The position numbers and the translations under genes were made by a program. From the NCBI GenBank assembly GCA_045837725.1, contig JBEWZL010000235.1, forward strand, positions 124,001 to 188,000: a stretch of 64,000 bases of DNA, written 5' to 3'. The notes beneath the pieces are model-generated. The model worked only from the letters and a program-made list of their open reading frames with translations. It was not told the DNA's origin and searched no databases. Source of the DNA: Vermamoeba vermiformis (Eukaryota). Positions 14,151-27,696 of the stretch are shown here, piece by piece (the first letter of the stretch is position 1; the number at the start of each line of letters is the position of its first letter).

Positions 14151-17100
14151 TTAACTCAAGAATTCCTTGTTAAACAGCAAAATCGTGTTGGGCACACTGA
14201 GCACGACCTGATCTAGATCCAACGAAGGAATGTTGTTGTCTTTTCGTTCCAACAGATCTTCAAGGTCCAAGTGCATCTTAGTGACGGACATGCCTGCAAG
14301 CTTGGCTTCGATTTCGAATTTACCAATTTCGGGCATAGAAATGTACAGCTTGGTCTTGCCTTGACTGTAAGAACACTTTGTTAGCGTCTATTCTGAAATA
14401 ACATTATGTTGTGTGATACGTACCTAGCCTCGGGCACGTCAGAATCGAGCACGATTTCTTTCTTGACCAATTCTTTGTAGGCGAATTTAATCGGCTTCTT
14501 TCTCTTTTCTTTGGCCTTCTTGGCAGCGTTGATACGACATCCAGCCAGATACTTCTCGAACTCGTTGATCTGATTGGACATGTAGTCTTGGTGCTTCTTC
14601 AAGTTCTTCAAAGTCGCTTGCAAACGCTCGATTTCCTTGCGCTGTTGTTCACGCTTAGAGGCTCTGTTCGAGACCTCCAAGGCAACGTCACGTAACAAAC
14701 TAGTGTAGCGATCCTTCTTCGTGATCTTGCCCTTCTCTTCGAGCTTCTCCATATTCTTGAGCACCTTAGTAATGTTCTTACCCAAGGTCTTGTTGTTTTG
14801 ATCCTTGGCGAACTTGGTAGCTTCTTTCAAAATGCTCATGAGGGTCTGAGGAGCAGAAGCACGGATGGGAATTGATTTGAAGATTTGAATGATCAGCTCC
14901 TTGGTTTCTTCGTACAAGTGAGCATCAGCCGACATTTCCTCTTGGATGGAGTCTTTGAATCTGTTCTCAAGGGTCAACTGAACATCGCGAGGATCGTTGC
15001 TAGCGGGCTTGGGAGCCTCGCCCAAATCCTTCAAAACGACGCGAAGAGGATCGTTGGCATCGGGAGCAACTTGGCTTTGATAAGCAATGCTAATTCGACG
15101 TTAAAAATTGACCAGTAATTGAAGGACAAAAACTTACAGCAACTCGTGAGTTTCGGCAATTTCGTGGTCGGAGATCAAAATCAAAGGCTTAGTCTTTTGC
15201 GTCAGCTCCATATACTTGTTAACAGCCAAGTAGTCCTCAGCATCAGAGATGGACGTCAAGTCGGTGATGTACTCAACAACTTGAGCTCTGTTGGCGGTAA
15301 TCCAAGGGTTAGCGACTTTCTCGTCCTCTTGGTTGAAGGTAGAGAAGTCGAAAAGCTTTTGAAGAACTTTTGCGACCTGTAGAAAACGTGTTAGATAACA
15401 TGTTGAGTAATCGTCAATAGATAGACTTACGGAAATCAAGTTCTTGCGCACGTTCATCGTCAAATCACCAGTGACAATTTCGAAACTTTCTGGCTGAGTG
15501 ATACACAAGTTGATAAATCGGTAGTACACGAAGTAGCCAATGACCTTGTGAATTTCTTCTTTAGGTGAGCGAGGGAAGGCTTCACCACACAATTGAGTTA
15601 ACTGTTTGCAAATCAAACGAAGACCGTAGGGCAAGCTAGTCAATGAACCAACAATGCGCTCAAGAGCTTGTTGGCACACGGAAATGAGTTGTTGAGTTCT
15701 CTTTTCAACGGTCTCTTTGACTTTGCGGTCCAATTCAGCGCCTTCAACCTTCTTGCTTGGGTCTGCCGACATGCTCAATTGTTGGCTGATCTGTTGTATG
15801 CATCGTTAGCACATCATACACTCGAGATTGTTGTCACATACTCTAGCAGGATTGAACTCAAATACGTAGTCTTGGGTCACAACGTCCTTCAACAAGCTGC
15901 CAAAAGTTGTCTTGAGGTACTCGACACCCTGCTTACGCTTGTTGTATGACAAAATCATCTTTGGAACGACGGACTCTGCTTGAATAATCTCCAACGGACC
16001 GGTCTTAATATTACGAACTTCGTTGGCAATAGCGTTCTTAAACAATTGCAACATCAAAAACTCTTCACGTGGTGAAAAAGCGTCACCATAGAGTGAGAGT
16101 AATAAAGCATCCAAGAATGAGCCTTCGACACCTCTGTTTTCGATCTTTTCACGAGGAATCAAGTAGACCCTGAATTGATCATGTGAGCTCGTGATATAAT
16201 CGAATAGGCACGTACAATTTAGCCAAGTACTTGGGCTCTGTTTGAAGAATATAGAACAAATTGGAGTAGTGCTCCATCTTTCTCTTGTCTGCTGTGAAAT
16301 CTTCTTTCTTGCCGTCCACTTGAAGACTGGTTGTGCGCTTCTTTTTGCTCAAATCACGATCGATTTCCTTTAGTGCACATCAATATCTGCGATTGTAGCA
16401 CTGATTTATTTCAAATTACCTGAATTGATGTTCTGTTACCGATAAGCAAAGCAATCTTTTTGTCCAATTTTGACAGATCCATTTCCAAAGCACGGTTACG
16501 GCGCACTTCACGGACAAGCTGCTTCTTTAATTCTTGAATATCTGTAACGCGCAAAAATTAATACTACCGTCAATTATCGGTTGAATTAAAGATTTAAGTT
16601 GGAAATTTATCGTTTATTATTAACCTTCGATAACGGTTTACGCGTCAATATTTAATGAAATAATATTTAAAATCCTCGAGCATGTATATTGCCAAATTTG
16701 CTCTCCTTATCAAAGATTTTTTTGGAGGTAAAATTCAGATTTAATTTTTAAAAACTAATAATTGTAATATCGAATTAACCGCTCGGTGTATTGATATATT
16801 ACCTGCAATAAAATCACTGTCTTCGCCGTCTTCATTATTAACCATCAAGAGGTGTTGGATTTCAGCAACCGTGAGATTTCCTGAAGCAATGCGCTGAACC
16901 TTCACCTTGTACTCTACTAACTCTCTCAAAAGCATTCTTGCCTCTAACAACATCAACAGGCATTTTCGCTCTTTGATCCAAACATCATCTGGAACTTGCA
17001 CGTCTTGTTGAAGGACCTCCGGCAGTAGGTTGGTCTTTGGTGACTTTGGTGTCTTTACAACTTCCTCTTCTGATGAAGAATCGTCGCTAATATCGGACGC

Positions 17101-17202
17101 TGAGCTTCGCTCGTTCTGTAGCCATTAGAACGAAACGTTAGTTAGCCACAAGTGGAAGAATTGAAGTATCTGAATTATGTGATTTGCACTTACGTCACTC
17201 AT
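14151..17202 (-). CDS. IQGAP-related RasGAP-domain protein (Dictyostelium GAPA/DGAP1-like)
   Basis: LDKKIALLIGNR, YSNLFYILQTEPKYL, LPYGLRLICK, IQGAP-type YYRFIN, C-terminal RGCT domain; no CH, WW or IQ region visible. Confidence 0.85.
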
Positions 17203-17490
17203 GTTGTTGCTGTTGTTATGCTGTTCAATGCAAATAGCGAAGTGCCGAATCAAAAAAAATGATTTTTTCTCGCCAAAAAAAGGGCATATCACCCACAGTG
17301 TCGATCCAGATCCGGAACTACCGGTGAAAAAGAATCTCAGGCAATCCTGCGTGTACTTGGGCATACAAGCCCTTTTGCAAGAGTGAGCGCAACCGCTAAA
17401 CTGAAAGCACGTGCGCAGTTGTGTTTTGTGGGCGCGCAAATTTTTCATTTATCGTTCTATCTTCGTTCAAACGACAACACATCAATCACA

Positions 17491-18809
17491 ATGAGCTTCT
17501 GGGGTGCTACCGTTACTTCTTCCAAGCCTTTCGAGGAATCCGTTCCTACCAACGCTAATCTCGTTGTCTCTCACGTCTCCTTGGCTGGTCCCACCGATGG
17601 TGTTACCACTCTCATGTGCACTGTTGAAGGTACTGAAGGTGACTTCGTCGTTGCTCACTTGTCTTGGGGTCGCAACGAGCAATCCTCAGTGGATTTGGTC
17701 TACCCCTTGGGCACCGACGTCAAGTTCACCGTCAAGGGCAAGGGTGAAGTCCACTTGCTTGGTATGTACGATCCCATCGAATCTATGGGCTACGATGACT
17801 CCGACGAAGAGGGCATGATGTTTGGATCTGAAGACTCCGATTTGGATGCTTCCGGCGAAGAAGACTCTGACGAAGCTTTGAGAATGCAATACGGTACTGG
17901 TCGTGGTCCTAAGATCATGGAGTTGCCCGAAGGCTTTGGTAAGTTTAGTCGTTTATTATTTCTGATCAGATTGCAAATCCACTTAAATTCGCTATCGACG
18001 TTTAAAAAATGTTGGACGTTACGATCGAACACCTTTCAACCGCGCCTATTTTTTTTTAAATTTTTACTGAATTTTTTTCTTCGATCCGATCAGACGACGA
18101 AGACGATGAAGACAGCGATGAAGACGAAGGTGAGGCCGTCCCTGTTCAACAACCTAAGAAGCAACAACAAGGTGGTCAACAAAAGCAAGGCGGTCAACAG
18201 AAGCAAGGTCAACAACAAGGTGGCCAACAAAAGCAAGGCGGCCAGCAACAAAAGCAAGGTCAACAACAAAAGCAAGGCGGCCAACAACAAGGCGGCCAAA
18301 AGCAAGGCGGTCAACAACAGGGTGGTCAACAACAAGGTCAAAAGAGAAAGATCCCCATCCAAGACGTTTCCAACCAACCCAACAAGAAGCAAAAGACAGG
18401 TCAGTCCCCCAACAACCAACAAAAGCGCAAATAAGCCACAAATAATCGCTAAATAATGACAGTGGGTTTTTAATTGCTTTCCCGCTCAAAGTTTTTGTAA
18501 TAACAACCAACGGCTCATTTTAGTAGTCGATTTATACTAAACTGTGTCTTATATGAATTTACTGCTTAATGAGAACTTTGGTTGTGCGAAATAAGAAATA
18601 AAAAAACTTAGATCCACCCCTCGCACAACAATTAATATTATTCTATTACGGCTCCAGCTGCAAAAGAGTTGACAGCCAACAATAACAAGAACGATGATAA
18701 AGACAAGAGCAACATAATTAAGCTCAAGTGCCAACCTTGCGATCAGATGTTCGCTTCCAAAGCTTCCCTTGACCAGCACAAGCGAGCTAAGCACCCCAAG
18801 CGAAAATAA
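17491..18809 (+). CDS. Nucleoplasmin-like (NPL) histone chaperone, HD2/HD-tuin-like: acidic tract, Q/G-rich region, optional C2H2-finger exon
   Basis: MSFWG start, FTVKGKGEVHLLG NPL end, D/E tract. Read-through form stops near 18434. Donor at 18400 joins acceptor at 18657 in frame to CQPCDQMFASKASLDQHKRAKH, stop 18809. Confidence 0.8.
18147..18340 (+). repeat. Coding low-complexity tandem repeat (QQKQGG / QQQGG units)
   Basis: Repeated CAACAA(AAG)CAAGG(C/T)GG(C/T) units within exon 2 of the NPL gene. Confidence 0.8.
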
Positions 18810-18931
18810 ATCTATCGCTAATTTGTGTACCTCATGTTTCGGTCGCCATCTCCGTTAAGTTCAGTTCCTTTTTGTTTTCAATTATTTCTCAGATCGCCAT
18901 ATTTTCGCCTGACACGATCGCACTGCCACAA

Positions 18932-21037
18932 ATGAGTGCCCCTAAAAAAGTAATTCGCTGTCATTACGAAGTGTTGGAAGTTGAACGTACGGCGACTTCC
19001 GACGAAATTCGTGCTAGTTATAAGCAGCTCGCTCGTAAATGGCATCCAGACAAGAACTTGGATGACCCTGCACTCGCTGCCGAACGATTCAAAGAAGTGC
19101 AACAAGCATATGAAGTATTATCAGATTCAAACGAGCGCTCTTGGTAAGCACAGTATCGAATTAATAATTATTCATTTATAATTTCGATCCGTTACGAAGA
19201 AAATGGTAACTAGCGTTAACTAAAAATTGTAAAAAAATTATTGGACTAATTATACGTCAAATTTGTAATAACTGCTGGAGCGATCTGACAAAGTTGATCA
19301 GGTACGATTCTCACCGTGAGGCAATCTTGCGTGGAGGTAAGTAATTTGCAAAACCATTAAAACAATAGTCTAACGCCATTTTAGTTGATCCGAACGAAGC
19401 CGAAGGAACTGTCGACTTGGTCAACGTTTACCCATACTTCACAGCCACTTGCTACTCAGGAGTCAGCGACGAGAAGCCAGTACGTTTGATAGTAAACATA
19501 TGCAGTAGAGGGTTAACATGGTTTAGGGCTTTTACGGAGTGTACAGAGAAGTGTTCGACGAAATCAATAAGAAAGAACAAGACATGGGCGAGTCTCCACA
19601 AGAGTGGCCTTCTTTCGGCAACAGTTCAACGCCGTGGGAGGAGGTGGCAAATTTCTACCGCCACTGGTCGAACTACGTAACCGCGCTGTCATTTGGTTGG
19701 TCTGAGAAGTACCACGTCACTGCTCAAATCAACAGACGTGTGCGTCGATTGATGGACAAGGAAAACAAGAAAGGACGCGAAGGTGCTAAGAAAGAGTACG
19801 TCGATGGTGTTAGAAAACTTGTTGCTTTTGTAAAGAAGAGAGATCCGCGAGTAATTGAGCACAACAAGATTGAAGAACAAAAACAAGCAGAGAAGATACA
19901 GAAACAGAAAGAGTTAAAGTTGAAACAACAACAAGAGCGAAGGGAGCACATTGAAAAGCTGCTAAAAGAACGAGAGGCCGAAGAGGAAGAGGAGCTCGAA
20001 GAAGAGGATTTTGATGACGACGAAGACGACTCACAGTTGAGTGGTGAAGAAAATGAGAGCCAAGAAAACAACACCAATGCCCAACAAGAGGAAGTACAAG
20101 ACGAAGACAATGCCGAGCCCGAAGAGGATGAGGAACTGGACGAGCTGTACTGCTACGCGTGCAAGAAGCGTTTCAAGTCCGATAAACAGTAAGTCTCCGG
20201 TATAATTAGTACCCGTAACTAATTGGCGTTAGAAAACTGAATCACGAGCAATCCAAGAAGCACAAAGAGACAGTGGCCAAGATGCGCAAAGAGGTCATGC
20301 TTGACGATGAAGAGCCGGCCACTAGCAGTGAAGTGTCCATTCCCGACACTCCTGCCAACAAGAACAACAAACAAAACAATAAGAATCAGAAGGGCAAAAA
20401 AGGCAATCAGGCACAACCTCAGCAAAAGCAAGAGCCCAAGCCAAAGCCTGCCCCAGTTGAAGAGAAGCCAAAGCCCGCTCCCAAGGTAGAGGCCCCACCT
20501 GTGACCAAAGCTGCAGACAAGAGTGAAAGCGAGGAGAGTGAAGAGGATGAAGACGGAAACGAAGACGATTATGTACTTCGCAGCATGATGCAACGCGTAC
20601 AAGTGTCCTCGAAGCAGAACAAGAAGAACAAAAAGCAACAACAGCAAGCACGTATGTTGCGGGAGATGGGCGCTGAGTTTGATAAAGTTAATGAAACTAT
20701 CGACTCGCGCGTAAAGAGCCAAGAAGACGATGAGAGCAGCGATGAAGACGACAAACCACAAGAGACCAACACGCCAGCTGTAGAAGAGAAGACCAACAAC
20801 ACTAGCAACGATACCGAGAATGCAGGAGGCAAGAAAAAGAAGAGGAGGAGAGCTGTTAAGGACAAAACAGGCAATGCTGCTCCAGCTACCAATAACAATA
20901 ATAAGACCGCAGTTGCTAAAAACAGCGAGAAGACAGATGAGGAATTCACTTGTAAAGTTTGTAACGAGCAGTTTTTGACACGCAATGCTTTGTTTACGCA
21001 CATTAAGAAAACGAAGCATGCTGCTCCTAAGGAGTAA
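18932..21037 (+). CDS. DNAJC21: DnaJ C21 / Jjj1 ribosome-biogenesis co-chaperone
   Basis: J domain with HPD, zuotin-homology region (FGNSSTPWEEVANFYRHW...LVAFVKKRDPRV), two C2H2 fingers (CYACKKRF...H; CKVCNEQFLTRNALFTHIKKTKH). Confidence 0.92.
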
Positions 21038-21211
21038 ACATAACGTTCCTACTGACTACTAGCTAAGCACAACCGTCCTACTTCTTGTGTTTCCAAAATT
21101 TTGGTCCCTTATTTTTGCGTGAGAACGAAGTAGATCCATTTTTTCCTTTTATTTTGTTGTCGAACACAGATCCAAACTTTCACGCAGAAACGATAACAAA
21201 GAAGATCAAGA

Positions 21212-24200
21212 ATGCCGAAGACTAAGAAGGGAAAGAATCGTCTTGATAAATATCCTTTTTGACCTGAAAACGTCAACGCGATCTGGATTGAATCAGATCA
21301 GGATCCATCAGCTCGCTTTTAAATTACTAAAATCAATTTATAATATTATTTTTTATTCAGTTAGTGATCCGCTGTAATTAACGGACAATTTTTTTTTGCG
21401 ATGCTGATGCGATTCATCCAGACCAAAATCATTTAACGTTATTTTATGCAATTTTATTATTCCTTAATATATTTTTACGTTCTATCATATGGCCAAAGAG
21501 TACGGCTACCGCTCTCGTGCCTCGTTCAAGTTGATTCAGCTCAACAAGAAATTCAACTTTTTGGCCAACGCAAAGGTGCTCATCGATCTTTGTGCTGCCC
21601 CTGGTAGTTGGTAAGTTGTGGTCATAATTATTCTTAAATCATCTGCAATCGCTACTTTCGATCGTGATCCACGAAGATCGTTACTGATTTTTTATCTTAG
21701 GCTCCAAGTTGCAGCGAAATATATGCCTGCCGAGCGCATCGTAGTTGGTGTTGATTTGGATCCTATTAAGCCCATTCCAAACGTATTTACACTCCAAGAA
21801 GACATTACCACGCCTAAATGCCGAACTGAGATTAAAAAGATCGTCAAAGAATGGCCTGCTGATGTGTAAGTATAATCACTAAATATGCAAACTATAGTCA
21901 TATTAATCCTCTGTTCAGTGTCTTGCACGACGGTGCTCCTAACGTTGGTAGTCAATGGAACAAGGACGCGTTCGGTCAAGCTGAACTCGTGCTCATGGCA
22001 CTCAAGCTGGCCACTGAATTTTTGCGCCCTAACGGCACATTTGTGACTAAAGTGTTCAGATCTGCGGAGTACAACAAGCTCTTGTGGGTCTTGAATCAAT
22101 TCTTCCAATCTGTCACCTCCACCAAGCCTGCCGCCTCTCGTGCTGCTTCAGCCGAAATTTTCGTCGTGTGCCGTGGATACTTGGCACCCAAGAAGATTGA
22201 TCCGCGCATGCTGGACTCACGCTATGTATTCAAAGAGGTCAAAGTTGAATCGAGCGAGCTTGAACAAGAAAAGAAGCTGTTCGCTAACGTAAGTCGATTC
22301 ACAAAAATATTAATAAGGTCTTTACTAATATGCTTGTTGTAGAAACAAAAACGTCACAGAACTGGTTACGAAGATGGTCGCATGTTGCTGTACAAAACTA
22401 TTTCAGCCCGTGAATTCGTCGAGACTGAAGAGCCTCTCAAAGTGCTGACTGAATTTAACAAAATTCACTTCGATGACGAGGAGTCTAAGGAGCTGACCAA
22501 GCGAAAACAAACTACACAAGAGTTGATTTCTTGCTTGGAAGACTTGAAGGTGCTCGGCAAGAAGGAGTTCAAGAAGATCTTGAAGTGGCGTGTCAAAATG
22601 CGCGAGTTGGAGCACTTGGACTCGTCGTCATCCTCTGAAGAAGAAGAGGAAGCCCCGCCCTTGACCGAAGAAGAAAAGGCCGAACAATTGAACCAAGAGA
22701 TCAGTGCCAAGCTTGCTGAACAAGAGAAGCTGAAGCGCAAGAAGGAGCGCAAGAAAAAGAGACTGCGCGAGAAGTTAAAGAAGAAGTTGGGCATGAGCTT
22801 GTTGCAAGACGCCACGCCCTACGAGAACGAAAACCCCACTGACACTGAAGCCTTGTTCAACTTGAAGCAAGTCAAGACCAATCAAGTGCTGCAGAACTTG
22901 ACCACCGAGACTGCAGCAATGGAGGTCGACGAAGAAGAGGAAGAGTTTGACGACAGCGAGTCAGACTTCGATTCGGATGAGGACGAAGAAGAACGATACA
23001 ACCGCGAGCTCGAGAGTGCTCTCGATGGCATGTACAAGCGATACTTGGAGGCCTCACGTAGCCGCAGAAAGCGCATGACTGAAGAGATGCGCAAGATGAA
23101 GGACGAGGACGAAGAAGACATGACTGGTCTGCTGGGTGAGGAACCTCTAGGACAATACGACCCCGAAGAAGATGAGGAGGCCAAGCAAGCCAATCCTTTG
23201 ATCGTGCGCGAGCCTCAAGAGAACAAGTCCAAGGTCTGGTTCAGCAACATTTTACACAACTTGAGCGGCATGAAGGGCAAGAAATTGAGCGATATTTTGG
23301 ACGATGAACGTGAAGAAGACGAAGAGGTTAAGCGAATGGCCCTCGAGTACAAACAAGAAAAAGAAGCTAAGAAGTCACGCGGAACAAAGCGCAAATTGGA
23401 CGAGGACGGTGAAGAGACCAATGGACACATGGAAAGCACTGTCGGTCCTGCAGCCAAGAAGTTGAAGACCGGTCAACAAACAGCTGTTGCCATCAAGCCT
23501 ACTCGCGTCACTAAGGTTACTAAGGGCGACTTCAGCGACATGCCCAGCTTAGAACCTGTTGGCACGCCATTTAAGGCTATCTCACGCAAAGCAGCCCTCA
23601 AGGAGCGCACGAAATCTACGCCCAAGACAGCTGAGACCACAGCTGACGATGACGTCAACACGCTCTCTGCTGCACAGCAGTTTGAAGAATACTACAAGCA
23701 ACAAATGGCCCGAGACACTGGCGTCACAGGCAAGAAAGGCAAAAAGAACGAAGTGACTTTCGAAGAAGTTCCCGCCGTTATGTCTGGCGAGGAGGACTCA
23801 AGCATGGAGGAGGATTCAATGGACTCTGCAGACTCAGACGACAAGGCTGAAGTCTTGGCTTTGGGCCACGCACTCAAGTTCGGTGGCACTCGTCGTCGTC
23901 AAGAGTTGATGGACGCTACTTACACTGGCCGAAATTTCAACTTTGGAGATTCAGCTCCTGCTTGGTTCGTTGAGGAAGATAATCTTCACAATCAACCCAA
24001 CATTCCCATCACTAAAGAAGAGGTGCAAATGTACAAAGACCAATTGAAGGGCATCAATGCTCGTACCATCAAGAAGGTTTTGGAAGCCCAAGCCAGAAAG
24101 AAGAAGAGAGAAAGCGCCAAGGTAGCCAAGGCCAAACAACAAGCACGCGTGATTATGCAATCAGAAGACATCAGCGACAAAGACAAGGCTAAACAGTTGC

Positions 24201-24442
24201 AGAAGTTGTTTGCTAAATCGGGCAAGGGCAAGACAAAAGTCAACAACGTCTATGTCGTGTCTAAGAAGAACGGTGCGGCTAGCTTGCCTAACCGCCGCAA
24301 GGGTTACCGTGTCAAAATCGTTGACCCGCGCATGAAGAAAGACAAGCGAGGTGAGGCTAATGCACAGCGCAAGAAGGGCTTCAAGGTCAAAGGTGCCACC
24401 AAAGAGCAAAAGAAAGCTGCCAAGAAGTACTCGCGACGATAA
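21212..24442 (+). CDS. SPB1: Spb1/FTSJ3 rRNA 2'-O-methyltransferase
   Basis: [74 protein letters not shown]-terminal [12 protein letters not shown]. Confidence 0.95.
21250..21478 (+). other. U12-type (minor) AT-AC intron in SPB1
   Basis: 5' site ATATCCTTT at 21250, branch TTCCTTAAT at 21460-21468, 3' AC at 21477-21478. Removal restores GAT AAG TTC TAT (D-K-F-Y). Confidence 0.92.
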
Positions 24443-24540
24443 AAAACACTCCTGTAAATTGAACAATAAAACAATCGAACGGATAAATAACGAAGTCGTG
24501 TTTGAACGCTGTTTTTTATGTACAATTTACATGAGTTGTG

Positions 24541-27301
24541 TTACCACTCGTGTATGGCCACACGCGCGATTGTAATGTAGCGCACGTAAGTCGTGACAGG
24601 TGACATGCCGTCTTCATCGGCCAGACCTCGCGCTGATTGATCGCCAATGACTTTGACGTACAAGGCTCGCAATGTCGATGCTCGATGTCCTTCAACCTGA
24701 AATAACATAATTATGTTAAAGGCTCGAAGTCGTAGGCGCTGGTCTTAATACTTACAGTCATCGAACAATGCAGCGGTGGTTTTTGCCACGGTTGTTTTGA
24801 CTGCACGTTCTTGCGCACGGAGACATTCAACTTGCAACTCGATTCACCTCGCATTTTGCCAATACTAAACAATATTAGCATCTGTTTGTCCATCAGACGG
24901 ATTACTTACCTCCAGTTGAGCAGATCTGCTCCTTCAACTTGCGCTGCTTTTCCACCTTCCGCTTTGAGCTCTTCAATTGTAACATTCTCGGGCAGCGGTA
25001 CTAAACAAAATCAGTTTAGCTTCACTATTAATACTAAGTCCGCTTACTGTCCAGGTGCACATCACGCGCTGTCATACTCGCGGCTACAGTGCACGTGATT
25101 TTGATTTTCAGTGCTAGTGTTGCTTGCTTTTCAAATGTTCTCACACGAATTTTGAACGGCAGTGTTGCTTGAGGACTGCGATACCTGGCACAACAGTGAG
25201 CATTGACATGTGCACAATACTTTAACAATAGCACCCACCTCATTAACTGGAAAAGTGTCTTGTCAGGCGGTGTGAAACATATCAGTCGTTCTTTTTGAAA
25301 CAGATTGATGTTGACACTGTTGTGAAATGTTACATCCGCGAGCTCAGCCAGTGTCCTGCTAATACTTAAGTCAGTACTCCTCCTATTCATAGCTCACGAT
25401 TGCTAGAGTCCTTACCCCTCATCATCGTGCTTGACATTTGAGTCGTTGTAACCAAACACGCAGATCGGCATGCCACTGATAAAACTGCGCATCTCCACCA
25501 CACCGTTCACGTAAAAACAGTCACGTGATTTGATCTGCACTGTCTTCGGCTCACCTGAGTTCTTCCGCGCACTCTTCTTGTGCTTCGTTCTTTTGTCTTC
25601 ATTGGAAATCGAGTCCGTGCCACTCGATGCGGCATCATTCCCCGAATTCACCATTGACGCGGAGAGTGTGTTGGTCGTGTTCACTGTGCCAGGGACTGCT
25701 GCGGCCCCTAACGGATCAGTCACGTGATTGGTGTTGTTCTCGTTCTGACCGCTCGCTTGCAATGTCATGCTGTTGCTGAAAGTGGTCTCGACTTCAGGCA
25801 CGACTGAACTGTCTTCGAGGCTGGTTGGTCCCTCTGATTGGATCACATCAATCACGTCGATAAATATCTCATTTTTCTTGTAATTTGGCAGATCTGTGTC
25901 AATCGACTTCTTTTTGTTGAAAAATGAGCCTGATTTTTTGAGCGGGGCTGGCACTGGCGTTGATGGCGTTGAGCTGACTGGCTTCCTATTTTGTGCGAGC
26001 CATAAATAGATTGCCACATTCTTCATGCGCGCACTGTCAATTGTTTCTTTCCAGACCCACTTGTCCAAGAAGTGCACGATGTAGCTGCATGACACGTGTC
26101 AATATGAGCCAATATTAGCAACAAAAGCGCTTACCAGTGCCGCGGACCATAGCTGCGAATCACAACTTGCTTCCAAATCTCACCAATGTCTGTGTAGTCA
26201 CGTCAGTTAAGTTGAATACAGCAGATCTGGGCACGAGCTTACCAGTCAGTTTTTTAAATTGTCTGCAGACCATTGCCGTGTGCGCGAGATCACTGACACT
26301 CAAGAAGGAGAGCACGACGTACAACACTTCGTTGGGCAGACGGGCAAGCAATTCTACGCCCTCAGCAGGAGGCGCAAACATCTCCGACGCTGAGCCCTTG
26401 CTGCTCGACTTGGTCTTGGTGCGTGACCCCTTAGGCGTGGAGGCAGGGCTCGAAGAGGCTCTTTTGAGGCCATTCCACCGCGGCAATTTGAGCGATGAGA
26501 ACGAGCCGCGCTGAAGAAGTGCGGGTGTGAGGAGTGTTGACACGGTATTATTGGACTTACCTTCTTGAGCACGAGGGGAGGTTGATTGTTGAGCTGCAGT
26601 TCTGAAGTACTAATAAGGCTATATTAGAACGCGTGTTATAGAGTCAAGTGAGACGAGTGCGGACTTACCCGGTCATGCAGAGGGCAGTGGGCTCTTTGAA
26701 CCAGAGCGGAGGCAGCAGTGGTCTGACGGGTCCCTGCAGCTTAATCTGATCACTGCTCGCACTCTGCGCGCTATTGTCGCCCTCGTCTTCGCTGTCATGC
26801 GCGTTGTTGTTGTTATTGGGCTGATCTCCGTTTTCATTAACGATGTGCGAGCTGTGAATTGACACTTCGGTGAGTATTGCGGTCACATGCATCTGATAAC
26901 TCCCTTATTGTCAGGCAATAATGTACTTACTTTCTCAGGTCTAGAGCTATCGGGGCTGTTATAAATAAATTCATTATTAATTTTTACAGATCAAGAAAGA
27001 ATATCAAGTCACAAAATTGAACAGTTTGTCCGCTTCCGAAAAATAAATAATTAAAAAAATGGATTCATTTATTTGATGTTAAATTGACTCTTATTGCTCG
27101 ACAGCGGGTCAATTTAAAATTTTTTTCAGATCTAAGAAGCTTCACGTGGTACTTTTATCAACTCGGTCATATTATTTATAATAGGTAAAACAACTTACGG
27201 TATAAATTAGTAACACTTGTCTCATTCAACCCAAATTCTTCCGATTCTTCACTGCCATAGATGTGGCCGTGAATGTCGTGTTCTGAAGAACTGTCCTCCA
27301 T
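24541..27301 (-). CDS. F-box + adaptin mu-homology-domain protein (5' exon structure uncertain)
   Basis: F-box LLARLPNEVLYVVLSFLSVSDLAHTAMVCRQF. Mu C-terminal motifs YKKNEIFIDVI, GVVEMRSFISGMP, DVTFHNSV, FTPPD...LMRY, YVRYIT. Confidence 0.78.
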
Positions 27302-27674
27302 GCGTGGTCAATTATATATGAGACACAGTTGCCTAATTTACAACAATAAAACTGCAGTTGTGTCGCCTCTCGTTATCGCATATTTATATGAAATTTCCGC
27401 ATGTTCCGCAGAGCTGGGATTCTGTACAGTTAAACTCATCAATTCGGCCATCTAATTATTATAATTAGATATCTTGAAACATCGAAAATGTAACCCTAAG
27501 AAAAGAAAAACAGTTTGGATCGATGGTAAATCCGATGCGTCCTCAAAAGTTGTTTGGCAAGTCTGATATGTCGATCTCTTTGCCATCATCGCTTCGCGCG
27601 TGGTGTTACATCTTAACGAAGAGTTAAACCGCCGTTATTGTCCTTCGCTGCTTTACTAGCCGTTACGCAAAAAA

Positions 27675-27696
27675 TTTCCCGCCAGAAAAATTCAAA
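27675..27696 (+). promoter_or_regulatory. E2F-type site plus CHR-like hexamer upstream of NDC80
   Basis: TTTCCCGC at 27675-27682 and TTCAAA (reverse of TTTGAA) at 27691-27696, 60-80 bp before the ATG. Confidence 0.5.

Noticed and set aside
18090-21019. Long Leu/Ser-rich antisense ORFs in the ORF track
   Set aside because: Shadows of low-complexity Q/K/E/D coding sequence on the opposite strand.
27491-27499. TAACCCTAA as telomeric repeat or telomerase template
   Set aside because: A single 1.5-unit match in AT-rich intergenic DNA with no supporting structure.
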